Assembly (NCBI GenBank): GCA_965207735.1
Contig: OZ242296.1
Coordinates: 4,288,001-4,352,000 of the forward strand
Origin: Candidatus Versatilivorator sp.
Lineage (GTDB): Bacteria; Acidobacteriota; Terriglobia; Versatilivoradales; Versatilivoraceae
Reading direction: 5' to 3'
DNA: 64,000 nt
Shown: in pieces, positions 10,287-20,534 of the stretch
Numbering within the stretch: the first letter of the stretch is position 1
Layout: every line of letters begins with the position of its first letter
Translations under genes and position numbers: made by a program
The notes under the pieces: model-generated
Databases searched by the model: none
What the model was told of the DNA's origin: nothing
Seen by the model: only the letters and a program-made list of their open reading frames with translations

Positions 10287-12248
10287 TCACTCAGGGGATA
10301 CCTGCTTATTATCCCCATCCGGACCGCTCTTTTCAACCGGGTTTAAGGCTGCCTGAGTGGGGGTCGCGGCCGGAGCCACCACCATCAACAACAGATCCTT
10401 CACCGGAGTCATGCGCCCCATGCGTCCCTCTTCCATGGGTTGAGCCATCACTTTCACCGGGACCGGAACCGGCGTGGGCGGGGCGTCGGCGGCTGCAACC
10501 AATACCAGGGTTGCCTTCCGGCTCCGGGAAACGTAGCGCTCCTTGCGGCCTTCGTTGACCGCGGGAGGAGCATCGGGTTCCGCCTGGGTGGCTGCCACGG
10601 CCGTCACGCCCGATGGCAAACCCGCCAGACTCAGGGCGATACTGCCCTCGAAGTGCTCCTCTTGGTCGGTGACCAGGCTCAGGGGCGTGGCTGTACCGGT
10701 GACCAGGTTCAAATGGTCCTCCTCCACGTGGATCCGGCCCATGTGAGGCACCTGGGGACGGATCAGAACTCGGTAGGCCATGGAGGGCCCGCCGAAGGCC
10801 GCCGTGATGTCCCGGATCTCCAGCGTGAATTCCCCGGCTCGAGGGAAGGAATGGATGACCTTGGGGCGGATCTGCTTCTCGATCTCGGTGTTGGCATTCA
10901 ATATGGAGTGCACGTTGGTCAGGACTTCGGCTCCCTCGGCATCCACCATCTTCAGGAAGGGATTGAAGACCGGCACCGTGGCTTGGGGAGTCTCAATCTC
11001 CAGGGCGATGCGTTCGCCCACCTTGGCCGCAAACCGCACCCGGTCGATATCGCCTGGATGCTCGATGGTTCCCACCAGCAGCGCCGGCAGGGTAACCGTC
11101 ACTGCTTCCGAGGCTTCGTCCGGGGCTTCATCCAGTTGGACGATCGGGATCGCCTTCGGCGCTTGGCGGGCCTGGGTTCCGGCCTGGCCTTCGGCGGCCG
11201 GCTCCGGGTTGAAGGCAGGCTTTGGCGGCAACGCCGTTCGCGCCCGCAGAGCTTCCATTCGATCGGTTCGAAGCTCCCGAGTCCAGCTTCGTTCCTGCCA
11301 GACGTCGGCGCCCGAGCCGGTGGAGGCCGAAGCGGACCCCTCTCCTTTCTCCTCCTCCGAATCCCTGGCGATTCGCAGAAGGTAGGGGTGATCGGGACCG
11401 CCCTCGCCCATAAAGCCGCTGACCCGAACCAGGTATCGACCGGCCCTTTCGAATCGGTGCCTCAGAACGGGCTCGGTGCTCAGTTCGGGATAGAAGACCG
11501 GCTCGTCGCTGAACGCCAGCCGGCGGGCGCGGTGGGGGCTAAACCAGCTCCCCGCGGGTTCATAGAGGGTAATGGCCATGTCCGAGAGCGCCAGCGAGCG
11601 CACCTCGAACCGCAACCGCTCTCCTTCGGCAACGCTGAAGGCGTAGTAGTCCACCTCGGCAGACTGACCGATGGTCCCGTGAACCGCCAGGGGCCACTCG
11701 GGCAAGGGCTCGGCCTGGGAGGCCAAATCGTGGGAGGGACGGCTCTCCAGGTGGCCAGGCTCGGTATGCACGTGAAAGAACACGGGAGAGGAAAGGCCGC
11801 GAGGCGTGATGGCTCTCAGGCCGCGGGGTCCCGCTTGGGCAGTCGGATCCACCTGGAACCTCAGGCTGAGCAACTGGACCGGCTTGGCCCCGGCGTCCGA
11901 CTGGAGCGTCTCTCCAGGCTTGGGCCCATCCTCGTTGCGGAGGCCGAGAACGGTTGCCCTGACGCCGCCGGAGTCGAACCAGAGGTCGCGGGCTCCCTCC
12001 AGTCTACGCCCCCTGAGGGTGCCTTGAAACTCCTCTCCAGGCCGACCCCCCAGGGGAAACAGGGAAAGGATTTCGGGTGGACCGGAAGAGTCGGCCTCGG
12101 CGGGACAGGGGAGGGGCTGAAGCAGGACCAGCAGGGCGGCGACCATCCATCCCCGGCCCAAGAGGCTGGCGGGTTTCCAGGAAAGGGCCACGATGATTCC
12201 TCGAGCTTGGAAAGCGTGCAGGAGCGATCCGATTCTAATCGTCCACAA
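10287..12248 (-). CDS. PPC (pre-peptidase C-terminal) domain protein of DUF1501/DUF1549 clusters
   Basis: SLFPLGGRPG N-terminal motif; repeated GTI...D.DYYAF/D.DRVRF units; sits directly upstream of the DUF1549 gene. The true start may be about 100 bp downstream. Confidence 0.75.
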   Translation of the reverse strand: MWTIRIGSLLHAFQARGIIVALSWKPASLLGRGWMVAALLVLLQPLPCPAEADSSGPPEILSLFPLGGRPGEEFQGTLRGRRLEGARDLWFDSGGVRATVLGLRNEDGPKPGETLQSDAGAKPVQLLSLRFQVDPTAQAGPRGLRAITPRGLSSPVFFHVHTEPGHLESRPSHDLASQAEPLPEWPLAVHGTIGQSAEVDYYAFSVAEGERLRFEVRSLALSDMAITLYEPAGSWFSPHRARRLAFSDEPVFYPELSTEPVLRHRFERAGRYLVRVSGFMGEGGPDHPYLLRIARDSEEEKGEGSASASTGSGADVWQERSWTRELRTDRMEALRARTALPPKPAFNPEPAAEGQAGTQARQAPKAIPIVQLDEAPDEASEAVTVTLPALLVGTIEHPGDIDRVRFAAKVGERIALEIETPQATVPVFNPFLKMVDAEGAEVLTNVHSILNANTEIEKQIRPKVIHSFPRAGEFTLEIRDITAAFGGPSMAYRVLIRPQVPHMGRIHVEEDHLNLVTGTATPLSLVTDQEEHFEGSIALSLAGLPSGVTAVAATQAEPDAPPAVNEGRKERYVSRSRKATLVLVAAADAPPTPVPVPVKVMAQPMEEGRMGRMTPVKDLLLMVVAPAATPTQAALNPVEKSGPDGDNKQVSPE

Positions 12249-12353
12249 AACCCATTGTCAATTTCTCCCCCATGGGGGCTCGCGGGCTTCGAAATCCATT
12301 GATACTCTTTCAAAGAGGGTCTACCCTGTCGGCGGACCCAACCGGACCGAGCC

Positions 12354-13334
12354 ATGGACCCCGCCCCCGCATTCAAGCAGGCCAGAGACCGCGGATGCGC
12401 CTTTCTCTTGCGCCACCAGGGCATCCGGGGAGAATTTCCCCGGAGCCGACCGGTTCTGGACGACTACTACAAGGTCCTCACCGCCTTTCAGGTCGGTGGC
12501 CACAACGACGCCGCCAACCGCCTCTGCCAGTGGATTCGCACCCGGGGTACGACTCCCGAGGGCGATTTCGGTCCGAAAGGGGAAGGCGCCTCCGGTTACT
12601 CCTGCGCCTATTTCAATGCCTGGGTCATCCTGGGGGCGCAGCGGCTGGGCCAGCTCGACATTGCCACGCGGGGAATCCACTTCCTGCTGACATTTCAAGA
12701 CGAGGAAACCGGGGGCTTTTTTTCGGACCCCAGCGAGCGGGGCGCTGAGACCAGGCAGGATCTGATGGTGGTGAGCCTGTGCGGACTGGCCTGTCTGTCG
12801 ATGGGAAAGACCCGGGAGGCCTTCGGGGCCGCGGGTTGGTTGAGGAACCTGATGGAGGCCCAGCCGGAGTTTCCCAAAAAATTGCACACCGTCTACAGCA
12901 GGCATAACGGTCTGCATACCGCGTTCGATCAGGGTGAGGCTTTAAGGCACGTGGTAGTGGCGGACTCCCGCACCGACCAGGCTTTCTTCAACCCGGGAAT
13001 CGCCGCCGGGTTCCTTTGCCGGTTGTTCCAGGCCAGTCGGGAAAGGAAGTGGCTGGATCTGGCCATTGAATACATGCGCTTCGCTGAAGGGGCCAGCGAC
13101 GAGCTCTTCCGACTGATCCGGGCAGGCAAAGTGGGCTGGGCCGCTTCCCTGCTGTTCCGAATCACGGGAGAGCAAAAATATCGGGCCATGGCGCTCAGGA
13201 TCGGCGACAATCTGACCCGCCTGCAATCCAGGCAGGGATACTGGTCGGGAGTGGGACAGCAGACACCCAACTACGATTCCACGGCCGAACGAGTGGTCTG
13301 GATGGATGAGATCGCCCAGGTCGCCGGGGGATGA
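12354..13334 (+). CDS. Hypothetical protein, probable (alpha/alpha) barrel (prenyltransferase/terpene-cyclase-like repeats)
   Basis: RGCAFLLRHQ, RGIHFLLTFQDEETGGF and LTRLQSRQGYW resemble QW-type repeats; coding-like GC3 bias. Confidence 0.55.
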   Translation: MDPAPAFKQARDRGCAFLLRHQGIRGEFPRSRPVLDDYYKVLTAFQVGGHNDAANRLCQWIRTRGTTPEGDFGPKGEGASGYSCAYFNAWVILGAQRLGQLDIATRGIHFLLTFQDEETGGFFSDPSERGAETRQDLMVVSLCGLACLSMGKTREAFGAAGWLRNLMEAQPEFPKKLHTVYSRHNGLHTAFDQGEALRHVVVADSRTDQAFFNPGIAAGFLCRLFQASRERKWLDLAIEYMRFAEGASDELFRLIRAGKVGWAASLLFRITGEQKYRAMALRIGDNLTRLQSRQGYWSGVGQQTPNYDSTAERVVWMDEIAQVAGG

Positions 13335-13412
13335 AGAGGCACCGACCGGAATGATTGCACGCTGCAAATCCTTCGCGATCCGAACCAAATCTGGCCCAAC
13401 GGGAGGTTGACC

Positions 13413-14558
13413 ATGCTGATCATCGACGGCGATTACCCCATGGCCATCGGCGCCATGGACTTGAACCGCGACCTGACCCTCCCCCTGCCGGAGGTTCGGG
13501 GCACCGCTCCCGACCGCTTCGCCGAGGAGAACCGGCCCGACGCCGATACCATGGCCTCGCTGCCGGAGATGCGCCGGGGCGGGATCGCCGCGGCCCTGGT
13601 CAAGGTGGTGGCCCGCCACTATCGCTCGGGAAGCCCGCTGTGGGGATATCGGGGCGCCGAGATGACCTACGCCGCGGCCCTGGCTCAACTGTCCTACTAC
13701 CAGATGCTGGAGATGCGCGGGGAGGCCAGGATTCTGAGGACGGGCTCGGATATCTCCGGCCACATTCAGTCGTGGTCCACCGGCGATCCGCACGAGGGAC
13801 TGCCCGTCGGGTTCATCCTCGGCATGGAAGGCGCCGACCCTATTTTGGAGACGAACCAAGTATCCCAGTGGTGGCAGAGCGGAATCCGGGTCATCAGCCT
13901 CTCCCACTACGGCCTCAGCACCTACTGCCACGGCACCGGGACCGGGACCTCGGGAGGTCTGTTCCCGCCCGCCAAGGCCCTGTTGCGGGAAATGGAGTCG
14001 GTCGGAATGATTCTGGACGTCACCCACGCTTCCGACGCCTCGGTTCGAGAGGCCCTGGATCTGTTCGGGGGACCGGTGCTGGCCAGCCACCAGAACTGCC
14101 GGGCCATCGTCCCCGGAGAACGACAGTTCCCGGATGACCAACTGCGAGCCGTAATCGGGAGGGGCGGGGTCATCGGGGCCTCCATGGACAGTTGGATGCT
14201 GTACCGGCCCGGGCTGGACTGGGGCGGTCCCATTCCTCCCCGGCGCAGCGTCTACGCCAAGGAGGCGGTGACGCTGGAGGACTACTGCGATCACCTCGAC
14301 CACGTCTGTCAACTGGCGGGCAACAGCCGCCACGCCGCCATCGGTGGGGACACCGACGGCCAGGGCGGCAGCGGAGGGGCGCCGGCCGAGATCGACACCG
14401 TGGCCGACTACCAAAAAGTCGCGGGAGTGCTGGAGCAGCGGGGCTATTCCTCCGAGGCCATCGAGAACATCATGTTTCGCAACTGGCAGCGTTTCTTTGA
14501 AACCCACCTCCCCCAGCCCGCGGCCGCGAGTCCGGTAAAACCAACTGAAGGAGGATGA
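13413..14558 (+). CDS. Membrane dipeptidase (M19)-like amidohydrolase
   Basis: ILGMEGADPI, GIRVISLSHYG, ILDVTHAS, ASHQNCR, IGGDTDG, IENIMFRNW; GGAGG ribosome-binding site. Confidence 0.85.
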   Translation: MLIIDGDYPMAIGAMDLNRDLTLPLPEVRGTAPDRFAEENRPDADTMASLPEMRRGGIAAALVKVVARHYRSGSPLWGYRGAEMTYAAALAQLSYYQMLEMRGEARILRTGSDISGHIQSWSTGDPHEGLPVGFILGMEGADPILETNQVSQWWQSGIRVISLSHYGLSTYCHGTGTGTSGGLFPPAKALLREMESVGMILDVTHASDASVREALDLFGGPVLASHQNCRAIVPGERQFPDDQLRAVIGRGGVIGASMDSWMLYRPGLDWGGPIPPRRSVYAKEAVTLEDYCDHLDHVCQLAGNSRHAAIGGDTDGQGGSGGAPAEIDTVADYQKVAGVLEQRGYSSEAIENIMFRNWQRFFETHLPQPAAASPVKPTEGG

Positions 14559-15721
14559 GATTGCGCCGCCATTTCCCTATCGGCTTCCTTTGCGTGGCTG
14601 CTGTTGCGGGCGGTTGCGGCGACTCGGCCCCTGAACCGGCGCACCCCGGGCAACCCGAGACCCCAGGCCACTACTTGGCCTATTTCGGCACCTTTACCCG
14701 GGGGGAGCATGGTTCCAAGGGCATTTACGTCAGCCGTTTCGACGCCTCCAGCGGCGGGCTGAGCCCCTTCCTCCTGGCGCTGGAAGCCGAGGACCCCTCC
14801 TATCTGGCCGTCCACCCCAACCACCGTTACCTCTACTCCACCAACGAGGTGGGAGGCCGGAACGGAACGGTCAGCGCCTATGCCATCGATTCGGCGACCG
14901 GAAAGCTCAGACTCCTCAACCAAGCGCCGGCGCAGGGCAGGGGCACCTGTCACATCGGTCTCGACTCGGGCGGCCGCATGTTGGCCGTGGCCAACTACGT
15001 CACCGGAACGGTGGCTTCCTATCCGGTGCTCGCAGACGGCCGGCTGGGAGAGGTGGTCAGCGTCATGCAGATCCGGGGAGCCGAGGCGCCTCATCCCCAT
15101 TCGGTCAACTTTTCGCCGGACGACCGCTTCCTGATCGTGCCCGACGTCGGCATCCACACGGTCCACCTCTACCGCGCCGATCCCGCACAAGCATCCCTGC
15201 AGCCGCACGTGCCCGCGGAGATTCCGGACAGGCCGGGCAACGGCCCCCGCCACCTGGCCTTTCACCCTTCGGGCCGGTACTGCTACATCATCGAGGAAAC
15301 AGCCAACGTGGTGATGGCCTTGAAGTGGGACGAGCGGCGCGGAACCCTGGAGGAATTTCAGCGGGTTCCTACGATTCCGGCATCCTTTTCGGGGGAAACC
15401 TATACCGCCGAGATCGTCGCCCACCCGACCGGGAGGTTCCTCTATGGGTCCAATCGCGGGCACGACTCCATCGCCGTGTTCTCCATCGACCCGGACAGCG
15501 GCCGGCTCACCGCCGTCGATTACACCCCCACCCAGGGCAGCTACCCGCGAAACTTCAACCTGGACCCCAGCGGCAGGTGGCTGATTGCGCTGAATCGGGA
15601 AAGCAACAACGTCGTCACCTTCGCCGTCGACCCCCAGACCGGAAGACTTACCCCCACGGGACAGGTTATGGATCTGCGCAGCCCCTCCTGCCTGCGCTGG
15701 GTGCCGCTGGATGCAGAGTAG
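14555..15721 (+). CDS. Lactonase family (6-phosphogluconolactonase/cycloisomerase) beta-propeller lipoprotein
   Basis: Lipobox-like VAGGC; PSYLAVHP, VANY, HPHSV, GPRHLAFHP, YGSNRGHDSI, PRNF; overlaps the upstream stop (ATGA). Confidence 0.88.
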   Translation: MRLRRHFPIGFLCVAAVAGGCGDSAPEPAHPGQPETPGHYLAYFGTFTRGEHGSKGIYVSRFDASSGGLSPFLLALEAEDPSYLAVHPNHRYLYSTNEVGGRNGTVSAYAIDSATGKLRLLNQAPAQGRGTCHIGLDSGGRMLAVANYVTGTVASYPVLADGRLGEVVSVMQIRGAEAPHPHSVNFSPDDRFLIVPDVGIHTVHLYRADPAQASLQPHVPAEIPDRPGNGPRHLAFHPSGRYCYIIEETANVVMALKWDERRGTLEEFQRVPTIPASFSGETYTAEIVAHPTGRFLYGSNRGHDSIAVFSIDPDSGRLTAVDYTPTQGSYPRNFNLDPSGRWLIALNRESNNVVTFAVDPQTGRLTPTGQVMDLRSPSCLRWVPLDAE

Positions 15722-15927
15722 CGGCAGCCCCCTGCCGGTGTTCCTGCCAAGTACTCTGCTGAACCGGCATTCGCGCCGTTGCCTGCCTGCCGACCCGCCA
15801 TTTCCGCTGCACCGAGACGATCGACAGGGTCCTGCGTGAAGTGAGGAAGGGTAGAATGGCTCAGGAAACCTGGCCGGTGACCGCTTTCTCTGTACGAGCA
15901 GCCTCACCGGCGTAGTTCAGCGAATCT

Positions 15928-16974
15928 GTGAAGCCAATGATCGATCACGCTTTTCTGGGCAAGATGACTGACGCGGCCCACCGGTTGGTTCGTTATTGGA
16001 AGATGCGTCAGGAAATCAAGAGATTCAAGTCTTGTCGGAACGTACACGAGCTGCCGGCCATCTTCCATTACTGGTCAAACAAGTACCTGGTTCCCAAGTT
16101 TCTCCCCTTCGGTTTTGCCAACCCCACGGAATTCTTTCATTTGTACATGATGCGGTGTTGTCGCCGTTTCAGTGGAGAAAACTGTCGATTCATCAGCATC
16201 GGCGCAGGCAATTGTGACCTCGAAACAGAGCTTGCCCAAATGCTGCTGAAGTCGGGAGATTCGAATTTCGTCCTGGAATGCCTGGATGTCAACGAGTATA
16301 TGCTCAAGCGCGGAAGAGCCCTGGCGGAAGAAAACGGGTTGCTCAGTCAAATGCGCTTCGTTTGCTCTGACATCAGCGTGTGGGAGCCCGTTGAGCAGTA
16401 TCACCTTGTGATGGTCAACCACTCCTTACACCACTTTGTCGCCTTGGAATTTCTCTTCGACACGATCCGCAAAGTCCTTCACCCCGAAGGATACTTTGTC
16501 ACCAACGACATGATCGGCCGAAACGGCCACATGAGATGGCCGGAAGCGCTGGCAATCCTTGAGGAACTGTGGGCGGAACTGCCCGCTCGTTACAAGTACA
16601 ACCACCAGCTCAGACGATTGGAAATTGAATATGAGAACTGGGATTGCTCAAGACAGGGAGGAAATGAGGGAATCCGGTCACAAGACATTCTGCCGCTGCT
16701 CTTGAAGAAATTCCACTTCGACCTCTTTGTCGGTTTCGCGAATGTAATCGACGTCTTCGTGGACCGAAACTTCGGACACAATTTCGACCCCAATTGCGAA
16801 TTCGACAAGGCATTTATTGACAAGGTGCACGCCATCGACGAACAGAGCATCGAGAGTGGAGCCATCAAGCCCACCCACATGATGGCAGCCATGACCAGGA
16901 GCGCCGTGGCTCAGACAAAGATGAACAACCATCTCTCTCCCCAATTCTGCGTGAGGTGGCCCGACGGCGGTTAG
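15928..16974 (+). CDS. Class I SAM-dependent methyltransferase
   Basis: ISIGAGNC motif I, CLDVN, NHSLHHF, LHPEGYF; lower GC than flanking genes. Confidence 0.8.
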   Translation: MKPMIDHAFLGKMTDAAHRLVRYWKMRQEIKRFKSCRNVHELPAIFHYWSNKYLVPKFLPFGFANPTEFFHLYMMRCCRRFSGENCRFISIGAGNCDLETELAQMLLKSGDSNFVLECLDVNEYMLKRGRALAEENGLLSQMRFVCSDISVWEPVEQYHLVMVNHSLHHFVALEFLFDTIRKVLHPEGYFVTNDMIGRNGHMRWPEALAILEELWAELPARYKYNHQLRRLEIEYENWDCSRQGGNEGIRSQDILPLLLKKFHFDLFVGFANVIDVFVDRNFGHNFDPNCEFDKAFIDKVHAIDEQSIESGAIKPTHMMAAMTRSAVAQTKMNNHLSPQFCVRWPDGG

Positions 16975-17018
16975 CCGGTCCCCCACCCCGCCGTGCGGAT
17001 CACACGAGAGTGAAACAA
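16973..17018 (+). repeat. Partial copy of the 58-bp dispersed element (right part)
   Basis: AGCCGG...CCGTGCGGATCACACGAGAGTGAAACAA aligns with 23470-23527 and 56046-56103. Confidence 0.7.
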
Positions 17019-17090
17019 CAAATTTTCATGGCCTATCGGGAAAAAGGACACTGTCCCGTGAATCCGGATTCCCGGATTATTGAACCAAGC

Positions 17091-18956
17091 CTATTTCCCA
17101 AAAGCAGCCGAGCGAGAGCGGACTCGAAAGCCTTTTTTCTTGACGGCGACCTTGATCTTGTCAATTCGACGGTTGATTGACTGGGGGCCTGATGCATCCG
17201 GAGAATAGGCCAACAGGTAGTACCCCTGTTGGTCCTGGAGGATTCGATCGGTAGCGATATGAGGGGAATCATAGGATTGAAAGTACACGCCGCCGGTTTC
17301 CCGGGCCAGATGGTACCTGCCGTCGTTCGGAGTCCTTACGCTTCCACCCAATCGAGAGGATTCGGAACCCGCATTGTATTGCGGCAACAGTCCCAACCCT
17401 TCCGCCTCAATGGAGTAGATGACTACCGAGGCCCGGTTGCAGGCATCGGTCAGGCGACGCATTGTGCTGCGTATGTCTCTGTCAATTTTGCTGTAGTAGA
17501 CCAGCGGCAATCCGCCTGAAATAAAGACCACAGATTTTCGAAAGGGCAAATTCTCCATCATGGCGACGGTGTTCAAGAGTGTGTCAAGGGTGTACAGGGT
17601 GAGGTTCGCCTGCCTGAACGGAGAGGATCCGCTCAACACGTCTTGCGCGACGAGCGTATTGTGGTTCAGTCCCGGACGACTGGAGGTGTTGTACTTGATT
17701 TGGTCAAGCGCCTTTAGAAGAAGTGCCTTGTCCGAAGTGAAAGAGATTCCATCGGTCCCCACGCCAGAACGAACAAGAGTCACCAAATCATTGGGTTGAA
17801 TTTGCTTGTCGACAAATTCCTTCAGTCCTGTCCTGATTTGAGACAAATACCTTTGGTCGATCCCCAATTCATCCACGACTACCGCGATGAGGCGTCTCTG
17901 TGGCTCAGGATTCAATGTCGATTCCGATGCTGCCGCAGGGTCGGGGGAAGCGTGCAATGCCGAATCCCCTTTCTGAAGATCAGCCGTGGACGGTTGCAAC
18001 CATTGGTAGGACAGGCTCTGAATTTCTTGGGGTCTGCCGTCCTGCAGGACCTCGAAGTCCTCTTTCCGAAGATCCGTGACGTGTTGTCCTTTCCGGTCCG
18101 TCACAATGACATCCATTTCTACCAGTTCCACAACGTTTCGAATCGTTCCATCTGCGGAAGACGGATTGGCTGTCTTCTGAGGAGGAATGTTCCCCTGCTG
18201 CTGAGTTCGCTCCGCCTGCTTTGTCTGACTCCCTTGACTCTCGCCGACCGCGGCCATCGAGGAACGAATCCCTTGGAAAATTTGAAACGCCAGGGTCCTT
18301 GCGTCGTTCTTCACCGCCGGGTCCTGAGAGATGCGTTGCAACACGGGGATCAATCGGTCCGGGGCCGGCACCCTTGAAGACCTCAGATTCCGATCCAATT
18401 CCTTCAGTCTTGCATGCAATATCGAGCGATCCCTCGCGAGGGATGTTTTCAGTTCCAACAAGGCAAGTTCCTGCTCACAGAGGTTTTTGAAAAAGGCATG
18501 AATACTCTGGAGTTTGGGGTCGTTCTTGCTAACGGCAACCAACCTGGTTCCGACTGTGTTTTCGTTGCCGTAGTCAACTCGGATGGTTGACCCTCCCCTT
18601 GCTTTCTCTGCCCGCCGGCGGGACCTCTTCCCTTCCTCTTGGAAGGAGCGGGACTGAGTAAAGAGGTGAAACAGATTCTGGACCAGATTGGACTGAAGAT
18701 GCGTTTTCAGATTGAAATCAAGTTCGATCGGATCCTGCGTCCGTTGCTTCACCTGGATCCGGATGGGACCCTGATTGCCGAGAACGACGCGTCGGAACTC
18801 GGTTTTGCCTTTGCCCGAGTGCTCTTCCCAGGTGAAACGGACGAATTGGGTCGGGGATGCTGCAAGTGCAGGCGACTGCGCCGACAATGCCAGCAACAGA
18901 GCGAGTTGAGTGAGCCGGTTGAAGAACCAGGATCTTTTCTTTGTACGGCCTGACAT
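17091..18956 (-). CDS. Acidobacterial VWFA-related (TIGR03436-like) protein with an extra N-terminal domain
   Basis: ATG at 18956 with GGAGG; signal peptide; VELVEMDVIVTDRKGQHVTDLRKEDFEVLQDG, RKSVVFISGG, LARETGG, YYLLAYSP. Confidence 0.85.
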   Translation of the reverse strand: MSGRTKKRSWFFNRLTQLALLLALSAQSPALAASPTQFVRFTWEEHSGKGKTEFRRVVLGNQGPIRIQVKQRTQDPIELDFNLKTHLQSNLVQNLFHLFTQSRSFQEEGKRSRRRAEKARGGSTIRVDYGNENTVGTRLVAVSKNDPKLQSIHAFFKNLCEQELALLELKTSLARDRSILHARLKELDRNLRSSRVPAPDRLIPVLQRISQDPAVKNDARTLAFQIFQGIRSSMAAVGESQGSQTKQAERTQQQGNIPPQKTANPSSADGTIRNVVELVEMDVIVTDRKGQHVTDLRKEDFEVLQDGRPQEIQSLSYQWLQPSTADLQKGDSALHASPDPAAASESTLNPEPQRRLIAVVVDELGIDQRYLSQIRTGLKEFVDKQIQPNDLVTLVRSGVGTDGISFTSDKALLLKALDQIKYNTSSRPGLNHNTLVAQDVLSGSSPFRQANLTLYTLDTLLNTVAMMENLPFRKSVVFISGGLPLVYYSKIDRDIRSTMRRLTDACNRASVVIYSIEAEGLGLLPQYNAGSESSRLGGSVRTPNDGRYHLARETGGVYFQSYDSPHIATDRILQDQQGYYLLAYSPDASGPQSINRRIDKIKVAVKKKGFRVRSRSAAFGK

Positions 18957-19063
18957 TCGACACCTCCCTAGAGGTACTCTCCCACGGATCGACAGCAACC
19001 CGGGCCATCCTTGATGAAGATGAAGTGGAGTATTACCCAATCTTAGCACGTGTCCGCCACATG

Positions 19064-19171
19064 TCACACGGGAATCCTCTCCACAAATTGCAGGTGACAA
19101 GGCAGTGGCGGTCGGAGCCGCTGGATGGTCTTTGGGTTGGGGTGGCCGGACAGATACTGCACGTCCTGCAA
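19064..19171 (-). pseudogene. Degraded C-terminus of a tyrosine recombinase
   Basis: Reads LQDVQYLSGHPNPKT, then after frameshifts DRHCLVTCN and VERIPV-stop. This matches the box II tail pattern LEDVQYLAGH..P.TT.LYDRR...VT.N.VERI of phage-integrase family proteins. Confidence 0.55.
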
Positions 19172-19617
19172 AAACGAAAACTTGATGGCCCTGCTTCGCG
19201 AACCTCTTGTGTATGACGACAGTCCCGGCAATGAGGTCGTGAATGGCTCTTTTGCGCTCGTTGAATAGCAGAACGACGACTTCACTCCAGAACCAAATAC
19301 CAGTATTATTTCAGCCTGTAACGTCACCCGAACCAACGGGCTTCCGGTTTGGCGCCGTCCTGGGAGGACAGAACTCTCTCAGGATCCGCAGTGACAGGCG
19401 TAACGAAGAAGAGCGAAGAGGCGAAACAGCCGGGCACCCTTAAGTGCTTGAACATAATGACCAAAAAGATCCCGGCTCCAACACCGCAGTTGCCGGACCT
19501 GCTCAATCCCTCCCGATTCCGCTCGGTTCTGCCGGGATCGTCGAACGGCCGTTGGCGACGCCGCTGGCGATCTGCTACCATGAGGCCGCGCGACATTTCT
19601 GTCTCCTGGAGGGCGTC

Positions 19618-20442
19618 GTGACTGCTGAAGAGCGATACCTGTTCGATCTCAACGGGTACCTGGTGCTGAGAAAGGTCCTGCCCCCGCCGGTTCTGGCTGC
19701 CATGAACGACAGCATCGACCGGCTGGAGGCCCTGAGCAACCGGGAGGTAGAGGCCCGCAACCTGGCGCGGAAATACCAGGAAGACAACGTCTACGCCCAG
19801 GTGGGTCCGGCGCCGCTGCAAGGCTTGGCGGACTACTCCAGCACCATCCTTCCCTGCGGCGGCCCCTTCGAGGAACTGATCGACTGGCCCGCTGTCCTTC
19901 CCTACCTGGAAGAGGCCATTGGCGTACCCTTTCGGCTGGACGCGGCCAGCTTCATGTCCCGTCATGGCGGAGGAGGTTTCGTATTCCACCACGGCTATGC
20001 CGAGATGCTGCCCTACAGCGAGTACGCCTTCGAGCGGGACGGCTTTCTCTGCGCCAGCATCAAGATCTCCTATGCCCTGACCGACGTGGGTGTGGAGGAC
20101 GGCTGCTTTACCGTTATCCCGGGGAGCCACAAGAGCCACTTCCCTAATCCACTGGTGGGACGGGTTCCCGATCCGACACATCCGCTGGTCCGGCCACTGC
20201 CCTGCGAGGCGGGAGACGCCGTGCTCTTTTCCGAGGACCTTTCCCACGGAGCCGTTCAGAATCGGGGCTCCAGAGTGCGGCGGACCCTGTTCTATTCCTA
20301 CGCGCCCGCCTATCAATGCGCCTGGGGGCGGTTGACCGAGGTGGCGCCCGGATTCGAGTCCCGGGCCAATCCGCGCCGGCTGGAGTTGGTCCAGGGACCG
20401 GCGCCCTTTGAGGACATTCCCGCCAGCCTCACCGCCGTCTGA
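19618..20442 (+). CDS. Phytanoyl-CoA dioxygenase (PhyH) family Fe/2OG enzyme
   Basis: GTG start after GGAGG; ERYLFDLNGYLVL, FHHG, YALTD...DG.F.VIPGSHK, GDAVLFSEDLSHG, RRTLFYSY. Confidence 0.85.
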   Translation: MTAEERYLFDLNGYLVLRKVLPPPVLAAMNDSIDRLEALSNREVEARNLARKYQEDNVYAQVGPAPLQGLADYSSTILPCGGPFEELIDWPAVLPYLEEAIGVPFRLDAASFMSRHGGGGFVFHHGYAEMLPYSEYAFERDGFLCASIKISYALTDVGVEDGCFTVIPGSHKSHFPNPLVGRVPDPTHPLVRPLPCEAGDAVLFSEDLSHGAVQNRGSRVRRTLFYSYAPAYQCAWGRLTEVAPGFESRANPRRLELVQGPAPFEDIPASLTAV

Positions 20443-20534
20443 TTCCAGGCGGGCCAGGCCGCGCCGCTGGAGAGAAACCCTTCTCCCGGGCCTGAACTCC
20501 CAGCCACCTCAGGCTGGGCCTTCGGGAGAAGCGC

